Shown: positions 1 through 13,391, counted from the first letter of the whole stretch. The stretch: DNA of 55,960 nt, filler included, from Sphacelaria rigidula (GCA_964200075.2; 5 parts of 5 records of this genome joined end to end with filler, not necessarily neighbours in it); one strand, 5' to 3'. Made by a program: numbers and translations. Notes: generated by a model not told the origin, from the letters alone.

Positions 1-1156
1 CACAATCCCGGGGAGCGGTTGATTCTCATTTCAAAATACGTTCTCATTTTTCTGGCAACCCTGTTATGAGAGTCATTTGTCATTAAATAGGTCAGGAGGA
101 GCACGGCTTTTGAGATGAACCTTATTTTTTTTCAACCCCATTTTCGAAAATCCACTGCTAAACTGTTGTTGTTCGATTCGACTGAATTGATTGATCATCT
201 CACATTAGCTGGTTGCAACAATCCAGCTCGTGATCAGGAGCAGCAAAAAACACAGAAGAAGAAGAAGAAGAAAGAAGAAAAGGAACAGAAAAGGTGTGCA
301 AAGTTTCTATTTCAAACCCGTCCCTGATCTCACGAGCATACTGCGTACTGGCCGCGCCAGCGGCCAGTTCAAACTCAACTGGTCAGAGCTGCCAGTTCAC
401 ACCCCCAGCAACAGACAAGAAATCCTGTAATGTAGGCAGTACATTTTTGACAAACAAAAACTCTCGTCCAGGGTGTGCTGTTTTCCAGCAGCATATCACC
501 GCAGAAGGCAGGTAGGTGGAGTACTAAATCAAAATAAATAATAAAAAGCTCCTGTGCTGGCCTTCCTGTGTGACCCCGGCTCATGACAGCACACACACGA
601 CACACACACACACATATCATCATCACCGACACATGCAGTGCTCAATCGTGTACTAATAATCTCGACGCGTATGATACTTCAGAATGTACTGCAACTTACG
701 CATGCTTGATGGCATGACCATCTCTTACTTTAATGTGCGGACGATGTTGTTCCTGTCTGTTGTTTGAGAATTCCCCTCATATTTCTTATACAGTACTCCC
801 AAGTACTAATCATTATTTATGGATTCATGACATGATGGATGTGCGGCGCAATTATCAGCCAACCAGCTGTTTGAATACAAAGCTTGGCCTAGTTTCCCAG
901 GGCAGCCGGGTAAGGATGGAGTGGCAGAGGCGAGCTATTATTACCATCGTGGGCATAAACTCCTGCCTGTATATTCCTATCTACTACAACGTTCAGGGGC
1001 TTGTTGTGTGATCAGTATTACAAGAAATAGTTCCAGCTTATCCGCTGTTTGGATCTCGTGTGCGGATAAAGTGAAGTCGTGGGCTACCCCTGCAACATAG
1101 TGTGGCGTTTTACAGGTCAGTAATCGGTTCCGTGCTGTACAGTGCAGCGATCAACT

Positions 1157-4100
1157 ATGGCGAGCGGACGAAGACTCGTGCTTCCAATGGCGGTGCTAAA
1201 TATGGGGGGAGAGATGGTGAATATCTTGCACCAAAGACTGGACGCGCAGAAGGTGGATAACGAGAAGGGCAACCTAGTGCTTCAGGACGTCATCCGCACT
1301 ATGTATTCTGCCAAGGTAAAATTGTCGGTAAAATACAGACAGTATCATGTAGAGGGGTAGGCAAATATAATAGCAGCACACTTTAGTGCTGTGCCCGGCC
1401 GCCTTCACGAGGGGGCAGTACGCACAGCGTGTAACGTTCGATGGCATCATGATGACAGAGGCTGTCCGTATCGTGTGCGCATTGCCATCATGCCGTTCAC
1501 ATACTTCTGATGGGTGGGAAACTTTTTTTGCATCTTGTCCGTTTCGCACGAGATACCACCGTCCCGTTTTGCTCTCGTCGCACGTTCACGACCAACCCAC
1601 ACCACCAGTTCATCGACGAGCTGTTCAAGCCGCAGGATATGTACAGCGAAAAGGCAACTAGACAAATCTTTCATAAGGTGCGCACATGTACCGCTGGAAA
1701 TTATACACTCGTCGTCTCTAAGAGTGACAACGTTGCGAGGGATGCTACGGTAGGGGTGCACAAATATTTTCTGAGGTTATAACAATTATTGTTAGCAGCC
1801 CTTCATCTCATCCAAAACACGACCTATGAAATATCTGAGAGTACGCAGGACTAATACCCCAATGAGCTGGGGATGTCCCGAATGATTGGCAAATGGGGGT
1901 GCCCTGACCCATTTTCTTGTGCATCTAGAATCTTCATGAGCCCCTGAACCAGACAAGATTTGGCGCAAAAAATGCAACGCTACCGTAGCATTGCCCTTGC
2001 ATAAAATGAGAGTACACATCACCGTAGCGAGCACCAAATATAACTCTAGGGCTATTTAGTCTGGACGAGAATTTCCGCCGAATCTTCCATCTTCTCGCCG
2101 TTATCACCCCTCCCGAATGAAGTGCCCCGACGTCCTAACGGAAGACGCAGTGGATATAACCGAACGCCTCCTGAGGAGAAACACCTCCAGTCGCCTGGGT
2201 TCGCCGCCTTCCGCGAGCCTGGGGAATACCCCCCCATAACCCCCTCGAGGCCAATGGTCTTACGACGATGGAATGCATGATCATGATTACATAACCCCCT
2301 CCGCCCTTGTTTCATGATTTCGTGTTTAGCGGCGTGGACGAATATAGACGGAGTGATGACCAAGCTGATGAGGTGCAGCCAGCTCGAAGCTCGACCTCAC
2401 CCGTGTATACGTAGCTCACGAGCATAAGGAAAAGAAACCTTGCATGTTGTCAGGAACAACGCTTCGGTAGGGGCCCAAACCATGGTGTAAGAGGGTGTGC
2501 TAGAATTTTGTCGGAAACGGAGTAGTGAGAAACAGGAAACCGCACTTCTCGGTCGTTGTCCGTGTATGTATGTTGGTCAGTATGCCACCCCCCACCTAGA
2601 TTGGTGTTGCGTCGACCACGCCGTGATGGTATGTCGGAGCTACACCAAGCATTACCTTCAGCACGAATATAACTTCTTCAGCTCGGACTGTGGAAAACTA
2701 TGGGAAAGTCCATACCAGTTGTAATCGTACACGTGCAACACATGAACAAACCCACATGTGCCCGGCAGTACACATTCGTCTCTGTAAGAAATAAGAAACC
2801 GCAACGTTCGTCGTCTCCAGAGTGATGCCGCGATACCCCCCCCCCAGACCAGTCCCAAACCTGTCATCAAGAAATTGGCCATACAGCGCATGATAGCCGG
2901 TTTCAGACTGCATAAAGTGCCTCATATGGGCGACATTGGGGGATCAACAATCCCAAGCGTGGGGGTTCCCAGCTTCTCGGTGTTATCGGCCTTCGTATTT
3001 GTGATTCACATGTAGATTTTTCCCCCTCAAACCAGCTATTTTTCTGGGGGAGGGGCCATCACGGCGTCACTTTTCAGCTGCTTGAAAACGCAACGATATG
3101 ATCTCCCACTTAACAACGTAGGTGAGCTTGTTGTTGCATTAACCGTTATTGTCACCGCTGATTCAACGGCTGCGCTTTGTCGACGACACCACTCGGCGAT
3201 CGCATCAACACCCAACCACGCCGACTCGAAGCTGGCCCACTCTTCCATCATGCGCCTCAACGAGTCCAGCATGGGCAAGCTCTACGACCTGATCACCATG
3301 GGGTTCAAGTATCAGGTGCTATTGTGTTGCACAATGTCGGTGACATTATGCTTGCTCACTGAACCGTGACGGAAAAGACTACTCAATAGCGGGCGGCACA
3401 CGAACACATGGATCAGCGGCGTAAATTACGTGTATGGCAAGCATGCCAAGAGTAAAATTATACGTTTTGCATTAACTTTGAGCCTTTTTCGTCTCTATGC
3501 GATGCGGGAAGACGAAGACCCTCGTAGCGTATTTGCTCTACAGTCACCCCGTAATCTTTGTCTTACTCGACAGTCGGCTGACTGACTTATCGCTCGTTGT
3601 CGTAAATAATGTATTGACTTAGATCGGTTGTCGCACTTTAACTGATAATACCTCCTCCATTTTTCGCATTCACGGGTTCACACTTTATCGGCGGTCGGTC
3701 GGGAATGGGTGTGCTGCAGGTGGTGTCCTGTGCACAGCCCCAACAACTATTGCAAGTTACTCTGAATCATCTCGAGGTACTCAAGACTATGGTACCCCTG
3801 CCGTCAACAATCAACCTGATCGACACCGTCATCGAGGTACAGCGCCTAATATTTCTTGCCGTAAACGGCAAGGGGGGGCCGAGGGTCATGACCGCATTCA
3901 GGCGGTGAAGTAAGGGTTGGCCAGGATGCGTCTCCGGGGGAAATGTTCGTGACTAACTACTGACAATGTTCCTTCATTCAACACTCGTACAACATGCCAA
4001 CGATGAAAGCAATGGCCACATGTAATTGATCCAAGAGATTTGGGTGAACACCAATAGGTGTTGTACAGGAAGATTCGGAGGATAAGACGCGATGTTGATA

Positions 4101-7100
4101 AGTTTGTGTCAATAATACCGCAAGGTGGTGTACACGTCTCCTTTTCCGTGAGATACTCGAGTGGCAATGATCATTCCGCCTCAGAGCACGCACCACAGCA
4201 GAAGTGAACTTAGCACATTCATCTTCGGGCAAATATGCCGTCGAGGTAAGAAAAGGGAGCTCGTATGAATCACGGTGCAGCTGCGAACCTGCGCTCTCGG
4301 TGTAGATAGGCTACGTGGATGACATTGGTCTAGATAACATTCGGGTCATGATGCAATACTTCCGTTGACTTCGACCACATACCGCCCTTATAGTTGACTC
4401 ACGAGCCAACGTGTTCTCAACCACGCCAAGGTTTATATGAGCGTTCTTATGGAAGCCAGAGAGGACGGGTGATCAATGGATTTTGGTTAGTACACCCGGT
4501 GTCTCGAGGAAAGCGATCAAGTTTCACGAAAGAGGTCGGGAGCGCATCGCTTCGTGTTCTTGTTTCGCCTGTTGGACAACAGCTTCTCGTCTTTCCCTTT
4601 CTCACACATGCCATTACTCTCCTTGGATCGTTCATTCAGACTACCGTCACAGAATACGCACACCTGGACGTCTACGGGTGGATTCAGCTGAAACAATCCC
4701 TGATGGAGTTTCTCCAGGGGCAGCGAGTGAAGGTCAGACTATTTGTCAGGATGAATTCGACTATATCTCCCTGCTCCCTTGTTTCTGTGCTTATGTCCGC
4801 TCAGTTCGGCGCAAACGGGTACATATGAAACTACGTGAGAAGAACGGCGAAGCAACATGATAGTTCATATAGTAATCTTACACGTAACGCAGGTAGACTA
4901 GTGATAGGCGGTGATCGTACAGAAGTGACTGAGTCGTCTCGGAGAGTCCGTCTCGATGAATATTATTCCCCGAGTGTGCTGCACTTCGACAGAATAAATT
5001 GCAGTCATCAAACGTTCACAGCTCAGAATACACCGCGCTGTAATATTCCATTACCTTGTGTACGGGACGCAAATATAGCGCGGGTGATTCGGTTTATTCC
5101 TGACTCAATCCTCTGGGATTGCAATCCCTCATGAGGGTTCGGCTATGATTCGTAATGTCAGCACTCAAACATATTTATACATGTCATATTTGTCTTTCCC
5201 CTTACGAATATTTCCCACGGCATCTGTCAAGCCGCTAGCCTCCCCAAGTTGTTTCCCTACAACCTTTAACTCCATGAAATATCTCGAAACACTGTTTAGG
5301 TATCCCTGTTTCTTCAGCACAATGTGCAGCTTCAGGATGGAACGCTTGTGCTGAACGCCAATGGAAAGTTACCTTTTGGGGTTGATATGCCTGGCACTAT
5401 CCGGTATATGAAGCATGAAGGTGACCATCTGACTACAACAATGAACCGCGACACCACCCACCCATGCTGCACACTTCCAACTCTTTGCAACTCATCTTGT
5501 TGATATTAGGCAGGAGCGTTATATTTAGCGAATCGTATCGCGTAGCTGTTTCGTGCCCCTAGGGTTTGCGATGACGCTTCACGAAGATCATGTATGTGCA
5601 GAAATTTGCGTGAAAGAACGTGTGTTTATTCGGCGTTGTTGTCATTGCTGTCACTATTCTTCAACCGGCTCAAGGTATATTGTGTACAAGTCCACGCTTC
5701 TCGCGAGGGAAACACACACTGAAACACACCCGTTGATTGAGTGTACGTGTGATGAAGCATGTCAGAGTGGCAACATTACGTGCCGAAGGAATGTTCAACC
5801 GACTTTCCAGGTCAAGCTTAGTGTCATCTAGTCGTCGTGTGTGTCACCCACGACACTCAGAAAGACCTGCTCGTTTCATCATGTTGCTGTGTTCTCTTGT
5901 CTCGTGGCCGTTGTTTGTCGGACGAACGAAAAGATGGCGAGAGGATCGACGACAAAGTGATGACCCTGCCCATGGCTTCCACGGAAAGCGTGTGTGGCGC
6001 GCTCGAGAGCTACATCGATCTCGACAGTTCTATGGGCACCAACCTCTACACACTGGTGTGTTGTGCTTCTGTTGTATACCTTGCGACACTATAGAAGAGA
6101 ACCCCAGACGCGCTGACCCACGGGAGAGCATTCATTCCCTGGAAAGCACGAGGCAGACAAAAAAACACTGAACGTTGATTGAACTGAACCAACTGGATGG
6201 TTCGTTTTTTCAGAGACCATTACCATCCACTTGACGCGGAGAGACCCCCACGAATATAGCTCCGACACACGTGCAACACCCCATTTTTTACGCTTACCCC
6301 CATGCCCTTGACTAAAGAGTTTGGAATTTCATTATCTTGATCCCTTCTCGGCGGATGCCCCGCTCTGGTCTCTGTCGCCTGCACAACGTCCCTCCTCATG
6401 GACTCGCCTGTTTACGCTGGAGCTGCAATTTTGTCATCCCGCATCATACATTATCTGAAGCTGTGTTAGTGCCTTTGCTCTCACTTTCCTACGGTCCAGA
6501 GTCCGAACGGGGCGTTAGACCCGGGAACCCGTGGCATCAGATCACCTGCCACGGAGGCAGCGGCGAAAGTGTTAATGGAAGCTGCAACAAGGAAACCAGT
6601 CACTGGAAGGCGAAAAGTCGATGCCCGAGCAGAGGGTGAATTACTTTACTGTAGGAGCTGAGGGAGGGGAGGGGTGGGTCAGGAGGGGGTGAGACTGGGA
6701 GTTCGTGCTTGTTTGTGTCGCTTTGTGATGCTAGCAACGGCAGCGACTGCACTCGAGATGACTCGATTGGCATATAGCTCGTCCTGTTCGTATGACTCCG
6801 GGACTTACGAAGGTTGGGTCGCCGTGCGTATCGTCGCTCGATTATTCAGACGTTGTGATGAGACACAACTCATACCCCACCGTACGCTGCTTGTGTCTTA
6901 AGCGAACAGGATCGATGCATTCGGACTTTTCATGGGGTTTTCCAAGAGGGAGCAGCCTCATATTGTCTTCGTGCCGGGTCATTCCCACGCGCGTCACCGG
7001 GGTCGGGTTTTGTTTCAAACGTATAACATTTCCTCCCCAAGTCACGCACTACATTTCCCCTTCCGATAATATAACCCACAGCTGAGAGTAAGGGTGAAGG

Positions 7101-8003
7101 ACGAAAGGCTGCGACGGCCGGCCTAAACTTGTTGGCAAGTCTATTGGGGGGATCTGCCAAGGATATTGGCTACGATGGGTATTCCGATGAGGGGGGAGAC
7201 AATAAAGGTTCGAAAGGCGGAGGCGGAGTCGAACGGACCCAGAGCAATAGGGTCCCGTTCAAGTTCAATCTCTTCTCTGACGAGGATCCTTTGCTGGACG
7301 GTGCTCAAGCGAAAGAAACTGAAGAGGTGGGCGAGGCACGGAGAAAGGTGTAACGTATGGCGAGGATAAGCTCACTGTCTTTGCGGGTATAGCCCATGCT
7401 TATGCGTACTTGCAGCGCGAAACATCCTGCGGCGACAGCCTAATCGGTTGGCTAGTTTGATGCGTTGCGCGTGCTTAACCACGGAATCGCCAAATAGAAC
7501 TTGGCCACTCAGTCTTGGAAACTAGGTCGAGCTCCTGGCAAAGAGCGCAGTGAAGCGCAGCAGAGTGTACGGCACGTGCGACACGGTAGGTGTGTGATTC
7601 AACTGTATGAATTCGAAATAGTTACTACATGCCTTCATGGATACCGTGTATAGATACGCGCGATGCGCGGTGAAACCACGCCAATACTCCCGACCGTAAA
7701 CCCCCTCCCTCCCTTCGGAATATACCCCGGCGTCCACCTCCGCTTCAATCCCGCGTATGTGTCTCGCAGTCGAGGACAATAGTACTAGACCTTGCTTCCG
7801 ACCACACGGGATGTGCCAAGATGCTTCGCGATTTGGACCTTGCAGATGATGCCGATGGCGGTGTAAACGATGGTCGTCACGGGGTTCGTAGTGAGAGAAA
7901 GGGAATCGACGGAGGCGAGGCGAAGCCTGGCGAGGGAGAAGTAGGACAGCGGGACTCATCGGATGACTTGTTGGACTTGATGGACGCTGCTGAACTCAAA
8001 TAA
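1157..8003 (+). CDS. OSCP1: OSCP1 (organic solute carrier partner 1) family protein, complete 10-exon gene
   Basis: Phase-consistent GT-AG exons: 1157-1315, 1609-1677, 3232-3315, 3720-3836, 4640-4732, 5300-5420, 5934-6055, 6500-6635, 7082-7326 (or 7347), 7770-8003. The spliced protein has OSCP1 hallmarks: LPMAVLNMGGEMVNILHQRL, FIDELFKPQDMYS, LAHSSIMRLNESSMGKLYDLITMGFKYQ, VTLNHLE, VSLFLQ..QDG, MGTNLY, LNLLASLLGG and C-terminal DDLLDLMD. Exon 8 rests mainly on splice sites and phase. Confidence 0.93.
1734..2001. mobile_element. MITE-like family A, copy 1 (OSCP1 intron 2)
   Basis: Imperfect inverted ends TGCGAGGGATGCTACGGTAGGGGTGCA ... TGCAACGCTACCGTAGCATTGCCCTTGCA; colinear with 9195-9459. Confidence 0.7.
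2815..3076. mobile_element. MITE-like family B, copy 1 (OSCP1 intron 2)
   Basis: Inverted ends AGTGATGCCGCGATACCCCC ... GGGGCCATCACGGCGTCACT; internal sequence shared with 15240-15512 and 28341-28616. Confidence 0.7.
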
Positions 8004-8680
8004 TGGAGATCAGTGCGCGTGCTTCTGTACATGCCATTCCACTTGTGACGATGCGAACTGCTTGTGCTCTGCCGTTCATGTACGATCCTGCACCAAGCAT
8101 CAGGAACTCTTCGCAGTCATCGCGTGAAGTTCGACTCTCCGGATGAACCTTTGAAATGTACCTCGACCTGAGGGACCCCTATTGTAGACTTGCGGTCAGC
8201 GTGTCAACATTCCGCCCAGTGAAAATTCGCCACGGCCATAAAAAGGTTCAAGTCGAACGCTCACCGTGAACACGGCGCTCTGGGCGTTCGGTTCGGCATG
8301 TTTACAAGTGTACACGCAACATATGTGAGTGCATTGTTTACACACTAGCTTCTTGTTCATCCACCGCGTTTTTCATTCTAACCCTCCTTCCAACGAATGA
8401 CGGGGGCTGGCGAACTAGACGACCGCAGTATCAAGCACGCTGCTACCAGCAGGTAACAAGGATCAAGGTACTGGATGAACGCCCATCCTAATCCTGAAAC
8501 TGATCCCATCAATGGCCTGTAAGAAATGCGTCAAGAAATAGGAGCTGGCTAACAAGACAGTCAGGGTAAGTCCCTGCAGAGGATCAAGGGAATACTGGAG
8601 TGTGCGATAAAGCATAATCATTGGCAGTAGTCGATCTCTGGTATGTGCAATGATATGTACGCGTATGCAAGTATATACTT

Positions 8681-8884
8681 CTTTAACAATGAAGCTTGAT
8701 CAACACGAATATTACCTCTAACTCGATAATATACAAGAATAACAGCTAATCCGATAGAGGATTCACAAGCAGCTACAGCAAGTATAAAAATAGCAAAAAA
8801 TTGGCCCATAATGTCATCAAGATAAACAGAAAAAACAATAAAGTTTAAACTTATAGGAAAGAGAGCAATCTCTAATGACATTAA
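8681..8884 (-). pseudogene. nad4L: NUMT: 5'-truncated mitochondrial NADH dehydrogenase subunit 4L fragment
   Basis: AT-rich, intronless island. It translates MSLEIALFPISLNFIVFSVYLDDIMGQFFAIFILAVAACESSIGLAVILVYYRVRGNI, the typical Nad4L pattern (MSxE, DD..GQ.F, VAA.E..IGLA, YYR.RG.I). It lacks the first transmembrane segment and any recognisable targeting peptide. Confidence 0.9.
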
Positions 8885-9194
8885 ACGTGATGTGCGCTGA
8901 CCTTAATGGTGTCAAATTTGGATCTCCAAAATAAGCGTCAAGGTTTTGGGAAGGTTTGTGATGAACGTCCGAGGTGGATATGAGCGTTCAACTTCATTTT
9001 ACATGTTCGGTAGAAAACCATTCGTCAGTTTCGTTGCGATCGACGCAGTGCCGGATAATGGGCCGTTCTTTGAATTACCTTGGTTCCGACTTCGATTTCA
9101 CAGGTGTGAGTTGACGGTAACTTGTGCATGTCGTGGACCGCTTGCTCCGTTAGGATACATGCTCCACCCTATCCATGTTGTGTCCGGCTTTGGG

Positions 9195-9459
9195 TGCAGA
9201 GTGATGCTACGGTAAGGGCACACAAATATTTTATGAGGTTAGAATTATTAGGAACCCTTCATTTCATCCAAAACACGACTGATGAAAATATGCGAGAGTA
9301 CGCTAGGATTGCTATTTCAATGTGCTGGGGGTATCCCCAGTATATCTGCAAACGGGGATGCCCTGACCCATATTCTTGTGCGTCTAAAATCGTTAGGAGC
9401 CCCTGAACTAGACAAAATTTCGTGAAAAAAGTGCACCCCTACCGTGGCGGTGCTCTGCA
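9195..9459. mobile_element. MITE-like family A, copy 2
   Basis: Colinear with 1734-2001 (GATGCTACGGTA..CACAAATATTTT..CATCCAAAACACGAC..CCCTGACCCAT..GAGCCCCTGAAC); inverted ends TGCAGAG..GCTACGGTA / TACCGTGGC..CTCTGCA. Confidence 0.7.
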
Positions 9460-11114
9460 GCAAGCACTGGGTTGCCTAACCGACAACGTGTTCCTGAAGC
9501 TACGAGATAATAACTGTAGGCTCGACGGGGAGCTGGGTATGAATTTATCTGTGGCTGGATGCATGAGTCAACGGGCTTGATAGCGAATACACGCTCACTT
9601 GTCAAGAAACTACTGTTGGTCCAGGCCTCAGAGAAGTGATCCCCTTTCAGCTATAGTTCAACACGGATACCAGTAGAGAATTTTTTCATTTGCAGGTCAC
9701 CACGTTGTTGTCTCTTTGCACAGGTTGTACATTGGGCGTGTTTTCACCCGTGACTTCTTCCTATCCCAAGCAAGAAATAGAGTTAGATTATGGAGACGGA
9801 GGTGAACTCGTGTGAGAAAAATGTTAGTGGAGGGGGCATCCCCGGCAGGCTGCGCCTGTCTTCGAAGTGTCGATACTCCAATGACACAGAATGCATTGCC
9901 TTGTGATGAACCGTGGTGACAGAAAATCCATTCCATGAAAACTTTTCCGGAAACATGCAGAGGGGCGATATCTTGCCACTCGACGACTTTGGTGTATTGA
10001 CGATGTGAGCAACCACGCCCAAAAGTGGTGTATTGGCATACCAGTGACTCGAACTGACTGCTTCGCGGCCGACGCGTTATTTTCCCGCATCGCACTACTG
10101 GTGGGTGATCTCGGATAAACGTCAACAGCTTACTAATACTGCAGTAGTACGCCTTCAGGTCGATGTGTTCCACACTATAAATTATATTCGTGGGATACAT
10201 TACATGACACATTATCATTCACCGGTGGAATGTACAACTATTTTCACGTCTCGACCGTGCTTTGGCGACAAAACTACCCTTATCGTCCGGAAAGCAGTCC
10301 TAGCGTTCGTCCTACAACACTCGATATCGGGAACTTGACATCAGAGTTCACTGTCTTGAGTCTCGACGTGAAAATAATCTCATCATGATACTTTCTATAC
10401 TCCATTTCCGCGTACGAAACATCACTTCCACCGGCAACACGGCTTATTATGATCCTTCGCAACATGACCAAAACACACACCAACGCCTGTTCTGGCGACG
10501 CACGTATTTTTCAAAGTAAAGCAGTGTTCCCACCAGCAAGAAGCGTCAATCGCTGGCAACGTTGTGGAAACGGGCGCTTACGCCGATCCAGGCGACGCAA
10601 GCATTTCTTGCTCCTGAACCACTGATCTGCGTTCGCACGCTGACGTCGTCTGGAGCCATTCGCTTGGTACAAGATCACGGTCCGGACCTGCTTCGGTCTA
10701 CTGCTTACAAGGAATGTCATCGAGAGCGATCGAGCCTCAGAATTTCGAAAAACTAGGGGATTCGCCGTGAGAAATTGAGCTCGAAAGATGAGACATAATG
10801 AGAAATGGAGCAGGCAGAAAATCGACCAATATTGTGCAACGAAAGCTCGTACGTATGAACAATAACTGGCGTGAAAAGTATGAAAACATTACTGGGCTGG
10901 GAATAAGAAAGGACAATGGCCTAGAAACGATATACCTTCTCATTTTTTGCCTTAGAAAGGTACCAAAAATGGCCAGAGATAGCAGTGTTTTCGTGATATT
11001 GAGAGTAGATGATGCGATTGAGAGTGAAAAGTGGTCAATCAGTAAATGAATCGTTTCAGTTCCGAAATGTACTTCCACGGGGCCCAACATGCTTTCTGCA
11101 ATAGCTGGCCACTG

Positions 11115-11214
11115 NNNNNNNNNNNNNNNNNNNNNNNNNNNNNNNNNNNNNNNNNNNNTTAATTAATTAANNNNNNNNNNNNNNNNNNNNNNNNNNNNNN
11201 NNNNNNNNNNNNNN
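11115..11214. other. Artificial contig spacer (44N + TTAATTAATTAA + 44N)
   Basis: Identical 100-bp spacer seen four times; the linker gives stop codons in all six frames. Confidence 0.98.
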
Positions 11215-13241
11215 TTTTTCTTTTCGTCTCCTTTTTTTTGGGGGGGGGTGTGTGAGACCAAAGCGGGGCTACCCCCCCCCCCCCCCCCCCCCTTCCCCCT
11301 ACGTATCACACTTTCGTCATCTATCGGAACAGTTGAAGAGTAGCAGTAATGGTGGGGAGAATACCTGGTTTTACCCATGAAAAATGTGACGTACCCAAGG
11401 CATGATAAATTTGCCGAATAATCTTGCCTTCAACGTAGGCAACCTACATGTTGTTGTTGTTCTCCCATGTATTTTGGAGGCCGGTCGACACTGTTCGGTA
11501 TATGTGGGCGCACCAGCTGAGGTCACACAGGAGGCAGGCCAACGCAGTAGTTTTTTTTTTTTTTGTGCTCCACCTTCCTCATGCGGTGCTCGACTTTGTT
11601 TTTTTTTCGCGAGAGGGGTGCAGCAGTCCCTTTCCCTCGTCGACCGTTGAGTCGAATTTTGGGCACTGGGCCCATAGATGGGGGCAAGACGTTCGAGCAG
11701 GAAGGTTTTTCGGCCAATTAAAGTCTTGCAGTACAGTGGAATATGAGTCGAAAAAAAGATTTGATTGGCCCACACATTGCGCCGCTGCGAGACAGACAGC
11801 TGCTACAATCAATCACCGAGGATACAGCACCTCTGTGCTGGCTCAGTTTGTTTGCCCCGAAAGGCACGCACCCGCCTTGAGCGTCTTCCCCGATCACAGC
11901 ACCCGACTATAACGAAAGTACCAGAGAAGACGCAACAGACAGTTGCACAGCGGTCACGTGACGATTGTTCCAACCTTTACTGTTTGGACAGCACTTTGAT
12001 CCCACCCCAGTTCTGTGCAGACCGAAAGACGGCATACAGCAGCAACTGTTCAGGCACTCTCCAGCGTACCTCGCACCGTGATCGTCGAAGAGTGTTTAGA
12101 TGCACAACAGCACAGCGACAACTACAGCATGGAAATTACGGGTTTGGCAAGCGCCTTGTTCGTTTGACTCGAAACGAAACAGCTGACACACCATGAATAT
12201 TTCAACAGTGTGTGGAGAGCACTGCATGCCGACAGCATTATTTTTCATAGGGACGAACGCAGTGACAAAAAAGCAACTCAAACAGTCCCAGCGGAGATCA
12301 AACCGCCTTCACAAAGGCCTGAGGATACCACGGCGCAGCGCCAGCTACAGCACGCGAGAGAGAGCATGGGTGTGTTTGTGCTGCAGCACAGTGATACAGG
12401 ACATGTCCCATGCGATATAATAGTTGTTCCCCTGATTTTGGGTGGGTCCTCGATTTTTGCCAAGTGGCGGTTCTCAAACGCTCCGCCATAATCGCGTTTC
12501 GCGCAAAAATATTTGATTTAACTTCGAGTTATCATTGTTTTGTTTTATTTTCGTCGACGGAAGGAGGAAACCCAACCCAACACTTACCCCCCGAGCGAGT
12601 TTCGCGCGCGAGTTCGTGTGCCGGTTACCTTGAAGCCTGGCTAGACCACCTCGCGGCAGTCATGTGGGAGATGCTCCCACTAGAAAAAAAAACCTACGGG
12701 AACAACTCGGCGCAGTACACGCGTTGCCGTGCTCCCAAAAGCTCCGGCCCTAGGACCGATGTTGGATGCCAGTAGTATAACAATAGTACGAGATAATAGC
12801 CGTAATACATGAAACGAAGCGATTTGTGCTGTAAAGCCAACATAAATCACTGGCGTTATATATTACATCCGCCGTGTTTATTAGTATTTACGGTAGATGC
12901 CACCTTGTCTGCGGATAGCCGTGGTCTCAATCTCTATTTCATTGAAAAGAGAGGACATGTGGTGCCGGGGAATCTGATGTTGTCTGTCCCTCGATTCTTG
13001 CCGCGTGCTTCATTGTCGAGCATCGGTTGGAGTAGCACAGGTCGTAGTCGTCGTTCTCCCTCCCTCCTCCTGCCCCAACTGTGCTGAGACGTGGACCTGG
13101 CACCCAAACGCTTTGTCTGGGCTGGTTGATGATGTAGGCCTATGAAAATATGGAATTGTTAGAATGTTCGATTGATGTCGCATTCGTATTCCTATGTTTC
13201 AACCATTGTTTAACCGAAGTGACGTACGCGTATGAGTTTTT

Positions 13242-13391
13242 CACACCCTGGACAAAATAATACACCAAGAAAACAAAGGTCGAAAAGTGTACCGCGTACG
13301 GCATCGACTAATGCGCCTGTTGCATTAGACAATAGATTCCATACTGTACGCAGTGCATTTTTTTACAGTGGAATCCACTGTCCAGGATGTG
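13242..13391. mobile_element. ~150-bp hairpin MITE-like family C, copy 1
   Basis: Ends CACACCCTGGACA ... TGTCCAGGATGTG with internal inverted AAGTGTACCGCGTACGG / CTGTACGCAGTGCATTT; homologous to 17151-17290. Confidence 0.6.

Noticed and set aside
9690..11114. Acceptor-like site and several 60-170 aa ORFs after the NUMT
   Set aside because: No consistent exon chain or recognisable motif; probably decayed sequence.
11159..11170. TTAATTAATTAA palindrome recurring every ~11.2 kb, which could look like a periodic biological signal
   Set aside because: It is always centred in N runs; this is a synthetic six-frame-stop linker.
11800..12400. Recurring ACAGCA/CAGCAC motifs resembling a spaced repeat array
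   Set aside because: No conserved repeat unit or regular spacing; not CRISPR-like, only low-complexity or decayed repeat.
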